Shown here piece by piece: positions 11,954 through 22,766 of a stretch of DNA of 64,000 nucleotides. Made by a program: the position numbers and the translations under genes. Positions within the stretch are counted from its first letter, which is position 1; every line of letters begins with the position of its first letter. The notes beneath the pieces are model-generated. The model saw nothing but the letters and a program-made list of their open reading frames with translations, did no database searches and had not been told where the DNA came from. The stretch comes from Nemertoderma westbladi (lineage: Eukaryota; Animalia; Xenacoelomorpha): positions 1 to 64,000 of the forward strand of contig JAUCBJ010006967.1 in the NCBI GenBank assembly GCA_032718475.1, given 5' to 3'.

Positions 11954-14206
11954 TTACCTATTTCGGCCCGCGCATTGTCCGCTGACGGCTGTGGGACACT
12001 CTCTGCCCCCCCCCCCTCTCGCCGCTAACTCTCTGTTGTGGGGCCCTCGTAGCCCCCCCCCCCCCCACTCGCTACATTTTACTTCGCTACCTCTCACCCC
12101 GCTACTATATACCTCTCTAGTCGACACATCAACCCTACCGCGGTCGGGTCTATTCACCCCCGCTTCTCCTCCTGCTATTGCGTGGCCTTCCAGGCCCTCT
12201 ACTCCCTGCCTACCAACTACGTGGCCTACCAGGCCCTCTGCTCCCTGCCTACCAACTACGTGGCCTACCAGGCCCTCATCTGCCTGGCTATACACGTCCG
12301 ACGTGTTTACGTTAATAGCACCCATATTGGAAACAGAATTGATTTGCTCGTTTGGAACGAAATCATTTGTATTATTCTGCGCGACTACGCTATCTGAATT
12401 ATTTTGTAAATTCGGGCTTGGATCATTATTTAAATTATTTGGATTATTTTGCGTAATCGCGTTATTTAAATTATTTTGTAGGTTCGAATTTGGGTTATTA
12501 TTTTGATTATTTGAATTATTTTGCGTAATTACATTAATATTAGAATTATTTTCTACATTAATATTAGGATTGTTCTGATTTAAATTTAAATTACTACCAC
12601 TAGGCAAAGTATTTCCTGCAATAAAGGTTTGATTAGAGTTGTCCCATACGGTACTATCAACATTAACAACGTCTACTGTATCATTATTATTATTACCCCC
12701 CCCCCCCCCGCCCGTACGGTCACACCAGTTTTGGGTCTGTCGTGCGGTCCCTGTCAGTGGGGTATTAATAAATGTATCTACGGCCCCCGGCTCCTCAAAA
12801 ATACTCGAGCCGGCCCCGCTTTCAGACGGCGACGCTCGCACCAGTTGCAGCTCGTGCGCCCGTCTAATCCTATGTTCCGCAAGTTCACTTTGGCGTCTCT
12901 TTAATTCCTTTTGCTCTCGCTCAGCCTCTGCCATTCTCCTCTCACACTCCTGGGTGTCCCGGCTGGCCGACTCTGCTACACTCCTAGCGCTCTCCCTTCG
13001 TCTCGCCTCACGCTCCTTGCGTTCCTTTTCCCTTCTCGTCTCATATTCCTTGCGTTCCGCCTCACGCTCTTTGCGTTCCCTTTCCTCCCTTGCCTCACGC
13101 TCCCTACACTCCTTTTCCTCTATTTCCTCACACTCCCTAAGGCTTCTCAAAGCCCTTTCGGCCCTCTCTCCGGTTTCTCTAATCAATGCCGCTTCCCTCT
13201 CTAACCGCACTCTCCCCTCCTCTAACCGTTCCTCCATTTCCCTCTGACCTTGCTCTACCATGTTGAGACGGTATGCGGCACCTATCTCTCTCACCACTCT
13301 TTCTTTCGCGGAGGATGTAGCAGACTTATCGGTTACGACGGACCCCCTCCGCCTTCCCGACCTACTAACTTTCCCCCGCTTCCCGGAACTTTCTCCGACC
13401 GACGAGGCCGAATCCTCGGGGTTAACCTCGGATTCGCCCCCCTCGGGTCCCCTCCAACCCACTAATTTTACTCCCCGGGCATCGACCAAGTATGGCCCTA
13501 TGTACACTGGCGCTACGCTAGGTTCCATACTCCCACACTCCCATAGTTCAAACAGTTCGCCGGCAACCCCTTTTGCTCTCCCCTCGGCTAGTTCTCTCTG
13601 CCCAAAACGTATTAGGTAATTAAAGTGTCTATCCGACTCACCTAGTCGCTTTCTCAGTCTCACCTCGTCTACCTTCGCCCCTTCCTTCTTGGCGTCCTTT
13701 ATTAGCTTCCGGGTCGCGTTGTAGGCCCGTCGAAGTCGCTCTGAAACCCCGACGTCCTCGTCGCCGACCTCTCCTCCGTCCCTCCGGGTTCGACGTCGTA
13801 CCGGCGGCTCCACCGTCGCCGTTCCGGTGGGCCGTCCGTCGCCCTCGGCCTGTAGCTGGCCGGCGACATCGGTACCGATGTCTCCTCCGTCTCTTCGCGT
13901 CCGGCGTCGCACCGTCGGCCCCACCGTCGCCGTTTCGGTGGGCCGCTCGTCGCCCTCGGCCTGTAGCTGGCCGGCGACATCGGTGCGCCGATCTCCGTCC
14001 CGTGTCGACTCATCTCCGTCTCCCTCCGTCTCGCTCTCCCTTCCTCTTGGCTCGACCTCTTGTTCCAGGCTCCCCTCGTCTTGAACTTCCGGTTCGCCCG
14101 TTATCGATGGCTCCGGTGTCGTGGGTCTATATCGCCTGGTTGCGGCCTCACGGATCGTTTGGTCTTCGTCCGGGGTCCGCGTCGGTGTCTCGCCCGATTG
14201 ACTCAT
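11954..14206 (-). CDS. Long N-terminal Gag extension of the BEL element (internal repeats, coiled coil, Asn-rich tract)
   Basis: 750-aa ORF directly upstream of gag. The downstream gag frame is open back to the C11 run at 12006-12016, so one indel there joins the two. Confidence 0.7.
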   Translation of the reverse strand: MSQSGETPTRTPDEDQTIREAATRRYRPTTPEPSITGEPEVQDEGSLEQEVEPRGRESETEGDGDESTRDGDRRTDVAGQLQAEGDERPTETATVGPTVRRRTRRDGGDIGTDVAGQLQAEGDGRPTGTATVEPPVRRRTRRDGGEVGDEDVGVSERLRRAYNATRKLIKDAKKEGAKVDEVRLRKRLGESDRHFNYLIRFGQRELAEGRAKGVAGELFELWECGSMEPSVAPVYIGPYLVDARGVKLVGWRGPEGGESEVNPEDSASSVGESSGKRGKVSRSGRRRGSVVTDKSATSSAKERVVREIGAAYRLNMVEQGQREMEERLEEGRVRLEREAALIRETGERAERALRSLRECEEIEEKECREREAREERERKEREAERKEYETRREKERKEREARRRESARSVAESASRDTQECERRMAEAEREQKELKRRQSELAEHRIRRAHELQLVRASPSESGAGSSIFEEPGAVDTFINTPLTGTARQTQNWCDRTGGGGGGNNNNDTVDVVNVDSTVWDNSNQTFIAGNTLPSGSNLNLNQNNPNINVENNSNINVITQNNSNNQNNNPNSNLQNNLNNAITQNNPNNLNNDPSPNLQNNSDSVVAQNNTNDFVPNEQINSVSNMGAINVNTSDVYSQADEGLVGHVVGRQGAEGLVGHVVGRQGVEGLEGHAIAGGEAGVNRPDRGRVDVSTREVYSSGVRGSEVKCSEWGGGGLRGPHNRELAARGGGGRECPTAVSGQCAGRNR

Positions 14207-14343
14207 CTCGCTGGTGATTGGTGGCTGATGGTTTGGCTAGCTAGGGCAGCGGTTGGTTTTGTTACTGTGAAGGGTTTAGTTACTGTGACGGGATCCAGGA
14301 GGGATCCCGATTTATCCGGTGTTTAGCTTACGCGTCCCCGCCG

Positions 14344-14814
14344 TGTATAAAGAGTAAACGAAAACAGTGAATGAGTTCTGATGTTCGGTGTATAATAACT
14401 GATGGGTATAAGATATAGATATAGATATGTGGAAGGCGGGATACGGTAACTAAAAGTCCCGTGCTCCCCTATCTAAACTAACTAACCTATGCTAGCACTA
14501 CTGCACTGAGATAACTGAATTACTGATATTGGGTTACTGGTTATATTACACGGTTGGCCTAATTACTACCTAATCGATGCCTTGCCCCCCTCTGATTGGT
14601 TGATACCCTTGTTGGCGCCCCTTGGAGTGTTCCCGTTCACTCCACCTATTCTCTCTGGGTTAGGGGTTTGGCCCCTGACCCTCTATTGTGTGCTTCCTTC
14701 CCACTCTTATTGGGATGGCACGAGTTGGTTAATTACCCAATCTCGTGGCTCCCAATATTGCTTATCGGCTTATAACTTTATGGGGTGTTAGCGGGATTGA
14801 ATAAGCTAACACAC
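14344..14814 (-). repeat. Candidate 5' LTR of the BEL element
   Basis: Non-coding segment upstream of gag bounded by TG...CA. No second LTR in the window and no canonical PBS recognised. Confidence 0.3.
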
Positions 14815-15624
14815 ATTAATGTTTGTGGCGCTGATAAATATCTATCCCTCATTTAATGTTTGTGGCGCTGATAAATATCTATCCCTCATTTAATGTTTTT
14901 GTTCAAGTTGCTATAAGTTACTCTAGGTTGCCGGACGTTTTGTACAATTTGGTCAGCAACTAACTAGCAACTTAATTTGAGCAACATTAACTTTTAGTCT
15001 CCGTTATATGAGGCATCTTTAACAGCAACAAAGTTCGCGTTTACATAGAGCAACTTGATCGGCAACCTGAAATGCTTACTAAGTTGCTGATAGAGTTGCT
15101 CAAAATGTTGCCACGTACTGTAGAAAATAACATGTCTTTAATTATTCGTCATGACGTACTGTAAGTGAACTTTACTTTAACGTAGCTGTAACCCTGTAGC
15201 TAGACTTTGTTCTTACTGTAGAGTACCACCCATGGCTATATTTTTTACTTAGAGTTCCGCTTTCTTGAATCTAAATTTTGTTCTTATAGTTCTGCATTTG
15301 GCAACATTTTGTTCAATTTGTATTGATACATGATTCTAATTACAGTCCCGTACTTATTTTAGAAGCAATTTATATCAAAATATCAAAAACTTATGGAGCC
15401 CTTTAGAATTTTGAATTCAAAAATTTCCAACATGTGCGCAAGTGTGTTAAGCTATATTGTATGTGATTATTTGTTATTATTGCGTTTACAGCTAATACTA
15501 ACACCTGATCATGTGCTAGTTAACATGTTAGATAGCACTTATTAGCTAATAACAAATGCGCACATGTGTTACGTGCGCACTACGCACTAAATTATTAAGG
15601 ACCTACGATACGCCTTGGCTATTA

Positions 15625-15820
15625 TTTGATATATTTTGCGTGTTTTTTGTAAAAATTCGTACTTATGGTGTTTTGCCAAATTGAGGATGCCTTGTTTTTT
15701 AGGCAATACCCCGCAACTATCGCATAGTTACGGGATAATACCAGAAAACGGTGTTCCCCTTTGTTTTGGCAAAACACCATAAGTCAGAATTTTTACAAAA
15801 AAACCGCAATATATTTCAAA
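15625..15820. repeat. Fold-back (MITE-like) imperfect inverted repeat
   Basis: TTTTTTGTAAAAATTC..CTTATGGTGTTTTGCCAAA is mirrored by TTTGGCAAAACACCATAAG..GAATTTTTACAAAAAA, centred near 15720. Confidence 0.7.
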
Positions 15821-16639
15821 GGTAATTCTAAATCAAATTGAAAGTTTAATTATATGAATTCTATATATATTTAGTTATCAAAAAACACAATAACAAGTAA
15901 ACTGAGGCATCTCTCTAAAAAATAAACAGTTTTTATCGATTATCTCAGAACTACAAAAATCGACTTAGGGGGTTCTGCCTTGAAGGTGACGAAAATTTGG
16001 TACTCCGAAACTACTGCTATTATTGGAAATAAGTGAAGACATCATCTATACCTGGGAACGAATGTATCGAAGAGCTTCTACCGTTTCAAACAGGAAACTC
16101 TCCACAATACTCAATTGCTGCAGAGGCTGGACATTCTCGCATCGTATGCGAAGTCTGTGCGAGATCCAGGGAGTTTATAGAACAACCCTGCAGCAATTGT
16201 CAACTTCTTCCAGATTTGGAAGAATCTCGCGAAATTGATAACTTTCGCCAACTGCACCCACGTACAATACAACCCCCTATGAAATATATGAGATTCTGAG
16301 ATCTATTGGTGAAACTGGTAAAGATGATACCTGTAACCTGTAGTAGTGATATTGCGTGATTCTAGTTGTTACTAACAGGCCACATAACAGACAATGAGAT
16401 TTCGCAATTGCGAGGTACTGTCTTATCGCAGACTATCAGAGGTACTTGTACCTCTGTACATATGGTTGAGGTTACTCAAACCCATGTAGAAAATGCACCT
16501 AATAAATTTGATGATGATGTATTTGTCCTAAAAGGGAAATTTGAAGGCGACTTATAATGCATGGAAGACAAAATATGTATTTAATCTGATCTTTGATGTG
16601 CTGAGAGGACGAGTGTAGTTGAGAGCCTGTATTAGTCAA

Positions 16640-17195
16640 TTGAAGTCGGACTTATATATCTTATATCACCACCAATCATAAAGGCGAAATTTCTCGATGA
16701 AGACAGTATTGTCACTGGTGGGATTTTAGAGAATTACTGATAATTTTCTTTTGCAATCCACCCCCCTTCAATGTTTCGAGGTGAGTATACCCACATTATA
16801 CCTACCATCACAACTTTGACAAGATGGCAATATGTAAAATACAGGGCCAACTGAGGACGATTGGTATTATTAATGGTGCACCAGGCCCACATTTTTCATT
16901 CAATCAGTAGTTAATGCAGTTCTCATTCTAGATAAAGTTACAGTCACAATGGACGAAATTCCTTGTGATGAAGACTGACTTAAGAAGATAGAAACAATTG
17001 CTCAGTCATCATCATCAAGCGATGCAGAATTTAGGGAGGCTATGGACAACTTCGATGATAGGTTTGATATGGGGATTTGTCAATCCAGTTCATCTCTTAC
17101 AATTGCAGACAAATACCCCATTTTGTCGTTGAGTCGACACATGCTCGTAAGTTCTGTATCAGAGGAAATAGAACAATATCGGGAAGGACTTGAGA
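16640..17195 (+). pseudogene. Degraded G2E3-like HECT E3-ligase domain fragment
   Basis: Pieces translate as KAKFLDEDSIVTGG, GQL..IGIINGAPGPHF and SLSRHMLVSSVSEEIEQYREGL, in HECT N-lobe order, with frameshifts. Confidence 0.55.
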
Positions 17196-17931
17196 ACCAG
17201 CAACTTTCGATTCTCTGGTTTCTTGTACTCTTTCCATATAGGTAGGTAGCTGAGCACTTCTGTAATAATTGGTCATCATTGAAGGATCTGAAATATCGAT
17301 GTATTGCTTCGACGTTAACATTTTCGGTGCCTTTATCGCTTCTAACAATGTGAGGCGTTCCACCTAACTCCTCCACCATATCTAGATAATACTGTGCCAC
17401 AGTAAAGGGGTCGTTGTTCGTTCGACTTGCTTTCAACCAAACAATCTTTCGACTATATCCATCCACAGATCCGTGCACTGTCAATCCAAATGGTTTCAGT
17501 TTATCCCAACCATCAATGTGCAATAAAAAATTAGGCCCCTTCGAAAAGTAAGTTCGCCTTGTGAGTTTATTTCCGATTCGAGATATTCTACCAGTTACGT
17601 CTACAATTTTCAATATTAATGCAACTACCTTTCGCGGTGCAAACAGATGGTAGTCATCCATCAGAATGCGTTGCAATTGTCTATAGCCCGCTGTTTTCCG
17701 ATTGAAGGATTCTACTTCAAGAGCACTAACAATAGCATCAAAATCGAATGGATCTAAAATCCGTGTATGACCTGACGAATTCAACCTACGTCGAATCGTT
17801 CGTGAAGAAATATTTATGCCTTGTTGACAATATACAAGATGTGCTATTTCACTGTAGTTAAATCCCAACCAGAAATACCGTTCAATAACGTTATCAATTA
17901 GACTCATGATGAATAAGAAATACTGTACCAC
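17080..17931 (-). pseudogene. IS3EU-like integrase-core DDE transposase, 3'-truncated at about 17195
   Basis: N-terminal HTH (ISSRTIRRRL), GYRQL, GPNFLLHIDGWDKLKPFG...HGSVDGYSRKIVWL, RSDKGTEN, GKSTRNQRIES. Confidence 0.8.
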
Positions 17932-18017
17932 TTGAATATACAGACAGACAGATCAGACACTGCAAGAAAATAATGATACTGTAGGGATAAAGATTGATTG
18001 CTGAAAAACACCAGTAT

Positions 18018-18322
18018 TTGTCACTCGGGTGATAAATAATTGTCACCCGGGTGATAAATAATTGTCACCCGGGTGATAAATAATTGTCACCCGGGTGATA
18101 AATAATTGTCACCCGGGTGATAAATAATTGTCACCCGGGTGATAAATAATTGTCACCCGGGTGATAAATAATTGTCACCCGGGTGATAAATAATTGTCAC
18201 ACGGGTGATAAATAATTGTCACCCGGGGGACAAATAATTGTCACCCGGGTGATAAATAATTGTCACCCGGGTGATAAATAATTGTCACCCGGGTGATAAA
18301 TAATTGTCACCCGGGTGACAAA
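18018..18322. repeat. About 14 copies of a 22-bp tandem repeat with palindromic core TGTCACCCGGGTGATA; probably the subterminal array of the IS3EU-like element (terminus near 18364)
   Basis: Direct reading of the unit TGTCACCCGGGTGATAAATAAT; followed by ...CAGCCACGGTA. Confidence 0.9.
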
Positions 18323-20284
18323 TATGAAAAAACTGAAATTAAGTGGCCACAATCAGCCACGGTAGAATATAAATAGGTCAAATTAACAATATATCAGAGG
18401 TCACATAAACTTGTTTCGCAACCGACCCATATACTATATTCCACGAATTTATGTCAGTTGGTCATGTCGTACCTTCAATGGCTTTAATTAAGTGATGAAA
18501 TTCCTCCATTATGTAATCTCCCCCCTGGTTCCTCCCAGGAGACAATGTGCGTGACATTGCCTCGGTTTGTCTGATGTGTTCCAGAATATTGTCTGTCAAG
18601 CGAAGATGTTGGGTGAGATAATATGATGAGATCATCTGATAGGTTGGATGTCTCATAGTAAAAAAAATTGATGAAAATTTCACCATGGCTGCCATATTCT
18701 TTCTTACCCCAATTCGAAATAATTTTATACTGAAGCAGGTTTCAAAAATAAAAAAGAATATGAACCGATAACTCTGACATGCTTGAGACAAAAATTCAGT
18801 GAGATTTGATGAGTTAAAGTCATTACAATAAGCAGAGTTGTGGGATTTCATTTGGAAAGCAAAATATTTCTCCTCATAGCCGAATCGAATTATATGATTT
18901 TAACATATTGTGTTCGTAATGACCCCATCCGGGTCGCAATAATAGTTTATCACACCACCCGGGCTGTCCTTTCAGTGATCTTAAAGACAGTCACATGGGA
19001 TTGCCATCAAATATGACCTCGGTCCATTTCCTAACTTCAGTTTGTAGGGCCGAGTTTAATGTTTGTTCAACGCAGTTTTTAACGGCACTGTAACTGCAAG
19101 GATCCTCCATAAGTGGTTTTCGAATTTGAACTCTCACGGATTCTCATAACATTTATCCTAAAAATACAATAGTTAGTATATTAGTACTAGTATATTTATT
19201 TGTCATTTTCATTATTTTCATCAATCATTTTGTAGTATATGCCATTTATGACATGTTACAAATTTAGATCTGATAGATTCTGATAGAAGAAACATGAAAA
19301 TATATTATATTTATTTATTAATAATATATTCCACATGCAGTTGAGCCAATACGACATGTATTAGGGTGAAAGGGTGTAAGTAAATAAACGGGGTGCCCCC
19401 GAATCATAATCGGTAATGTAATGTACATAATCAATAATTAATCTTTACTGTATATTCAGTGTTGGAAGTACTGCATAGTAAAATAAACCGTAGTTTCCCC
19501 AAATTACTTTGTTCCCGAATCTAAATCTAACATTATTTTTATATTTAATTTTAGAATTTGAATCCTCTTTCAACTTTGACAAGTCCAGCAACCTTACTCT
19601 TACTCTGTCGACACACATAATTATAACTCGGTATGTACCTGATAGCAACTCTTGTGTTGTATAATTTGTCACCAAACTACAATTTTCAATTCCCAATTCT
19701 TCTGTGAGGGGATTGGGGAAATAATAATTTGTTCCCTGGGCTAAATAAAGCCCAGATTTTTACAAATTATAGTAAAACTAAAATTTTTTCACCAATAATT
19801 CAACTAGAGTTTACATCTTTAAAATTTTAGTCATCGTAGAGGAAGGAATAATAGAGATAGAGAATAAATAAATGAAGAGAATAATAATAGAAGAGAAGAT
19901 GAGAATAGTAAATAAGATGAGAAAGAGAGCGGATGACAAATCCAAGAGAAGATACGAGACGAGACGAGACAAGGAGGAGGAGGAATGTGAATACCATGCC
20001 ACCGATTTAACCCTTATTCTAAGGTGAGAGTTCGGCATACTATATATTACACAAGAGGATGGAGGGGGTGAAGGTAAAGGGGGGGGGGGGGGGGGGGTGT
20101 TAAGTATATAGTGTGAATTGTGAATGTGGGGGGGGGGGGGGGGGTATGAAGAATAGTTTAAGTAACAGTATGAAAATCGCGAGAAATAGATGGATAAGTA
20201 TTAATAATTCAGCTGATATTTTTCCTGATTAATACTCAATATATTACTGAGCTCCCATCTGAGTTCGTTACTGCTAAAGGGCTT

Positions 20285-20881
20285 GTGGTTGAGTCAAGTT
20301 TATTTGGACATATAAACAAGACAACAATAGTTTCCCATGTTCCTAAAAAGGGCAAAACTTTCACACTTATATCGAGTATGCACCACGACAACGAGGTTGA
20401 AACCACCGGTATTAAGAGACCAGCCATAGTACTCGATTATAACGCATCAAAGTGTGGGGTCGACACCATGGATAAGATGGTGTCATTGAGTTCTGTCCGC
20501 CGCGCCACTAGGCGCTGGCCTACGAAGTTACTCTACACCATTATAGACGTTGCTGCCTTGGCAGCATACGTTATATATAACTTGAAGTTCCCTTCAATTC
20601 GTGGGAAAGCTAAAACTCGACGTATGTTCCTATTGAATGTATCTCGTGAACTGATTAATGATTCAATCTCAGTAAGAAAGGTAAAAGCTGCAATTATAAA
20701 CATTGTACAGGGGAATCCTTCCGCAGTTGAATGTGGACGCCGGCGTCGATGTGAGCAACAAAAGTGCGGACTGAAAACTGCACTAGTTTGCTCCAGTTGC
20801 TCTAAATACTCTTGCAAGAACCACTCCAAGAAAACAAGAGTTAAATCAATCACCTGCGAGTCTTGTGGTCCGCAGCAGTAA
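20285..20881 (+). pseudogene. piggyBac transposase C-terminal fragment (right end of the element at about 22142, GGG|TTAA)
   Basis: KRPAIVLDYNASKCGVDTMDKM, RRWPTKL, IIDVAALAAYVIY and a C-terminal Cys-rich domain. Confidence 0.85.
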
Positions 20882-20959
20882 TTACAGTATGAATATGTAA
20901 TAATATATATGTATATTATATTATTATTATATAATAATGAAAATATATTATAATCACTC

Positions 20960-21730
20960 AGACTCGGACTCGGACTCGCCCTGAACTGCAAGTCGGGTGG
21001 CCTGATTATAAAGCGGCACGATGAGGTCCGGGAGGTATTCGGGGACCTTATCGCCTCTGCCTTTGGTGGGTCGTGTGTGCAGCGTGAAGTCACGCTGTGC
21101 ACCGGCTACCTGGACAGAAGGGGCCGCGAGGTGGGAGGAGTTAGGGCTGATCTCCTGGCGAGGGGAGTCTGGACCGAGCAGAGGGTGGCGTCTTTCGATA
21201 TTGCGATCGTAAACGCCGACGCCCCCTCATACGCTCAGCGGTCCTTGGACTCTGTCCTCGAGCAGAGAGTCCGAGCCAAGAAGGTGCACTATAGCGCGGT
21301 GTGCGAGGATAGAAGGTTCTCCTTCACCCCCCTTGTCGGAACCACCGATGGGGTGTGGTGCAAGGAGACTGATACCTTCATCAGCCACCTCGCTGAGACC
21401 CTTGTGGCTCGGCGGCAGGGGATGCGGGATCGTGGCCTAGCCTGCGTTCTCGGGGGAGTTCGGAGGCGGCTTCAGTTCGCGCTCCTCCGCTCCAACTCCC
21501 TCTGTTTGCGTGGTGGCCGGCGTCCCTGGAGGGCGGTGGGCTTTGGGGATGGTGCGGGTCTGCGGGGGAATGACCTCGCAGACCGGTATTAATTCACGGT
21601 GCACCATTTTTAATTGTATGTTTAACCTTGGTTTGTCTTAATTGTATTGTTCTGATTGGTGGTGGGATGTTGGGTTGGTGCAGCTATATATTTAATTGTA
21701 TATACAATTTTAATCTCTTAATTAATAAAT
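20960..21730 (+). mobile_element. 3' fragment of a CRE-like non-LTR retrotransposon (zinc finger and restriction-like endonuclease) in a (TAA)n-rich tract
   Basis: CKSGGLIIKRHDEVR, RADLLARGVW, FDIAIVNADAPSY, KKVHYSAVC, FTPLVGTTDG; AATAAA and a (TAA)-rich tail at 21750-21960. Confidence 0.85.
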
Positions 21731-22766
21731 ATTTTACATTGTGTATTGCTAAATATATTATAATAATATAATATAATAATAATAAATAATATATTATATA
21801 TTATTTATAATTTATTTTTTATTATGTATTATTATATTATATATTATTTATATTATATAATAATAATATAATATAGTAATATAATATAATATATTATAAT
21901 ATAATATATTTAATAAACTATAATGTAATAATAACTATAATTATAATAATTTTATCATTTATTTGTGCAATAATGATAATATAATGTTTCGTATTGTGCA
22001 GAACTAGACCTCAAGGCCTCGTTGGCGGCTCCTTAACCAACTTTTCATATTAATTCTAATTGAATATAGTAAAATTTATAGCTTGGTCATTTTCTGACCC
22101 ATCCGCTGTTAATGAATACGTGACCCAACCGCTCAGGCTGGGTTAAGGGGGAACTAAAATAACAAACGTAACATAAAGTACTTTAATTTATAGATTTTAT
22201 TTCATAACAGGCCCTACAGTGCCGAACGCACATATGATTACATATAGGCCTAATATGATTACATAACTACTACTCACACATTCGGTACTACCCTAGCGAA
22301 TAAAAGTAAAGTTAATGTAGTAAATAAATATTGTGACTAAGTTTATATAAATTACTTATCTTTTACTTCTATCCTTAAAAAAAGGCTCGCATATCAGGTT
22401 TGATTAAAAATTAGTTAACACTTAACAAGCGATAGCCAAGTCTGCAATACAGTTTCAATTTCCTATTCCATCTAACATTATTTATCGTTTAGGACAAACA
22501 TCCCATCATCATAAAGGGCCCATCCCAGATAGCCCAATAACAAGGAAGCAGCCCCTATGGGAATTTAAGACGGAATTCAAGAAGAATGAAAAAGCGAGGG
22601 TATGTATGTACCGTACATCACACATACTTGTACAGTATAGATAAAAATATTATTTATGTCCTCTTGTTTTACTCATTATGCCCCTTTTATTATTTTAAAT
22701 GTCCCCCTTTTTTATTATATGATGTTGACAACTACGACTTTAGAGGGATTGTAATATTCATATTAA

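Larger units (their letters stand above)
1..14814 (-). mobile_element. BEL/Pao LTR retrotransposon (gag-pro-RT-RNaseH-IN plus extra ORF3); 3' LTR probably outside the window
   Basis: Minus-strand ORFs carry BEL-type Gag (PFKFDG..., LDREYG), Cys/His knuckles, protease LVDSGA, RT FYVDD, RNase H FSDAS/WTDS/NPADLLSRG and integrase GVDMFGP/SDNGTNF plus W-rich C-terminal domain. The region is uniformly GC-rich. Boundaries are approximate. Confidence 0.88.

Noticed and set aside
519-14326. Numerous plus-strand ORFs antisense to the BEL element
   Set aside because: Shadow ORFs of GC-rich coding sequence.
18462-18851. 129-aa minus-strand ORF, probably a transposon relic
   Set aside because: No motif I can assign to a family with confidence.
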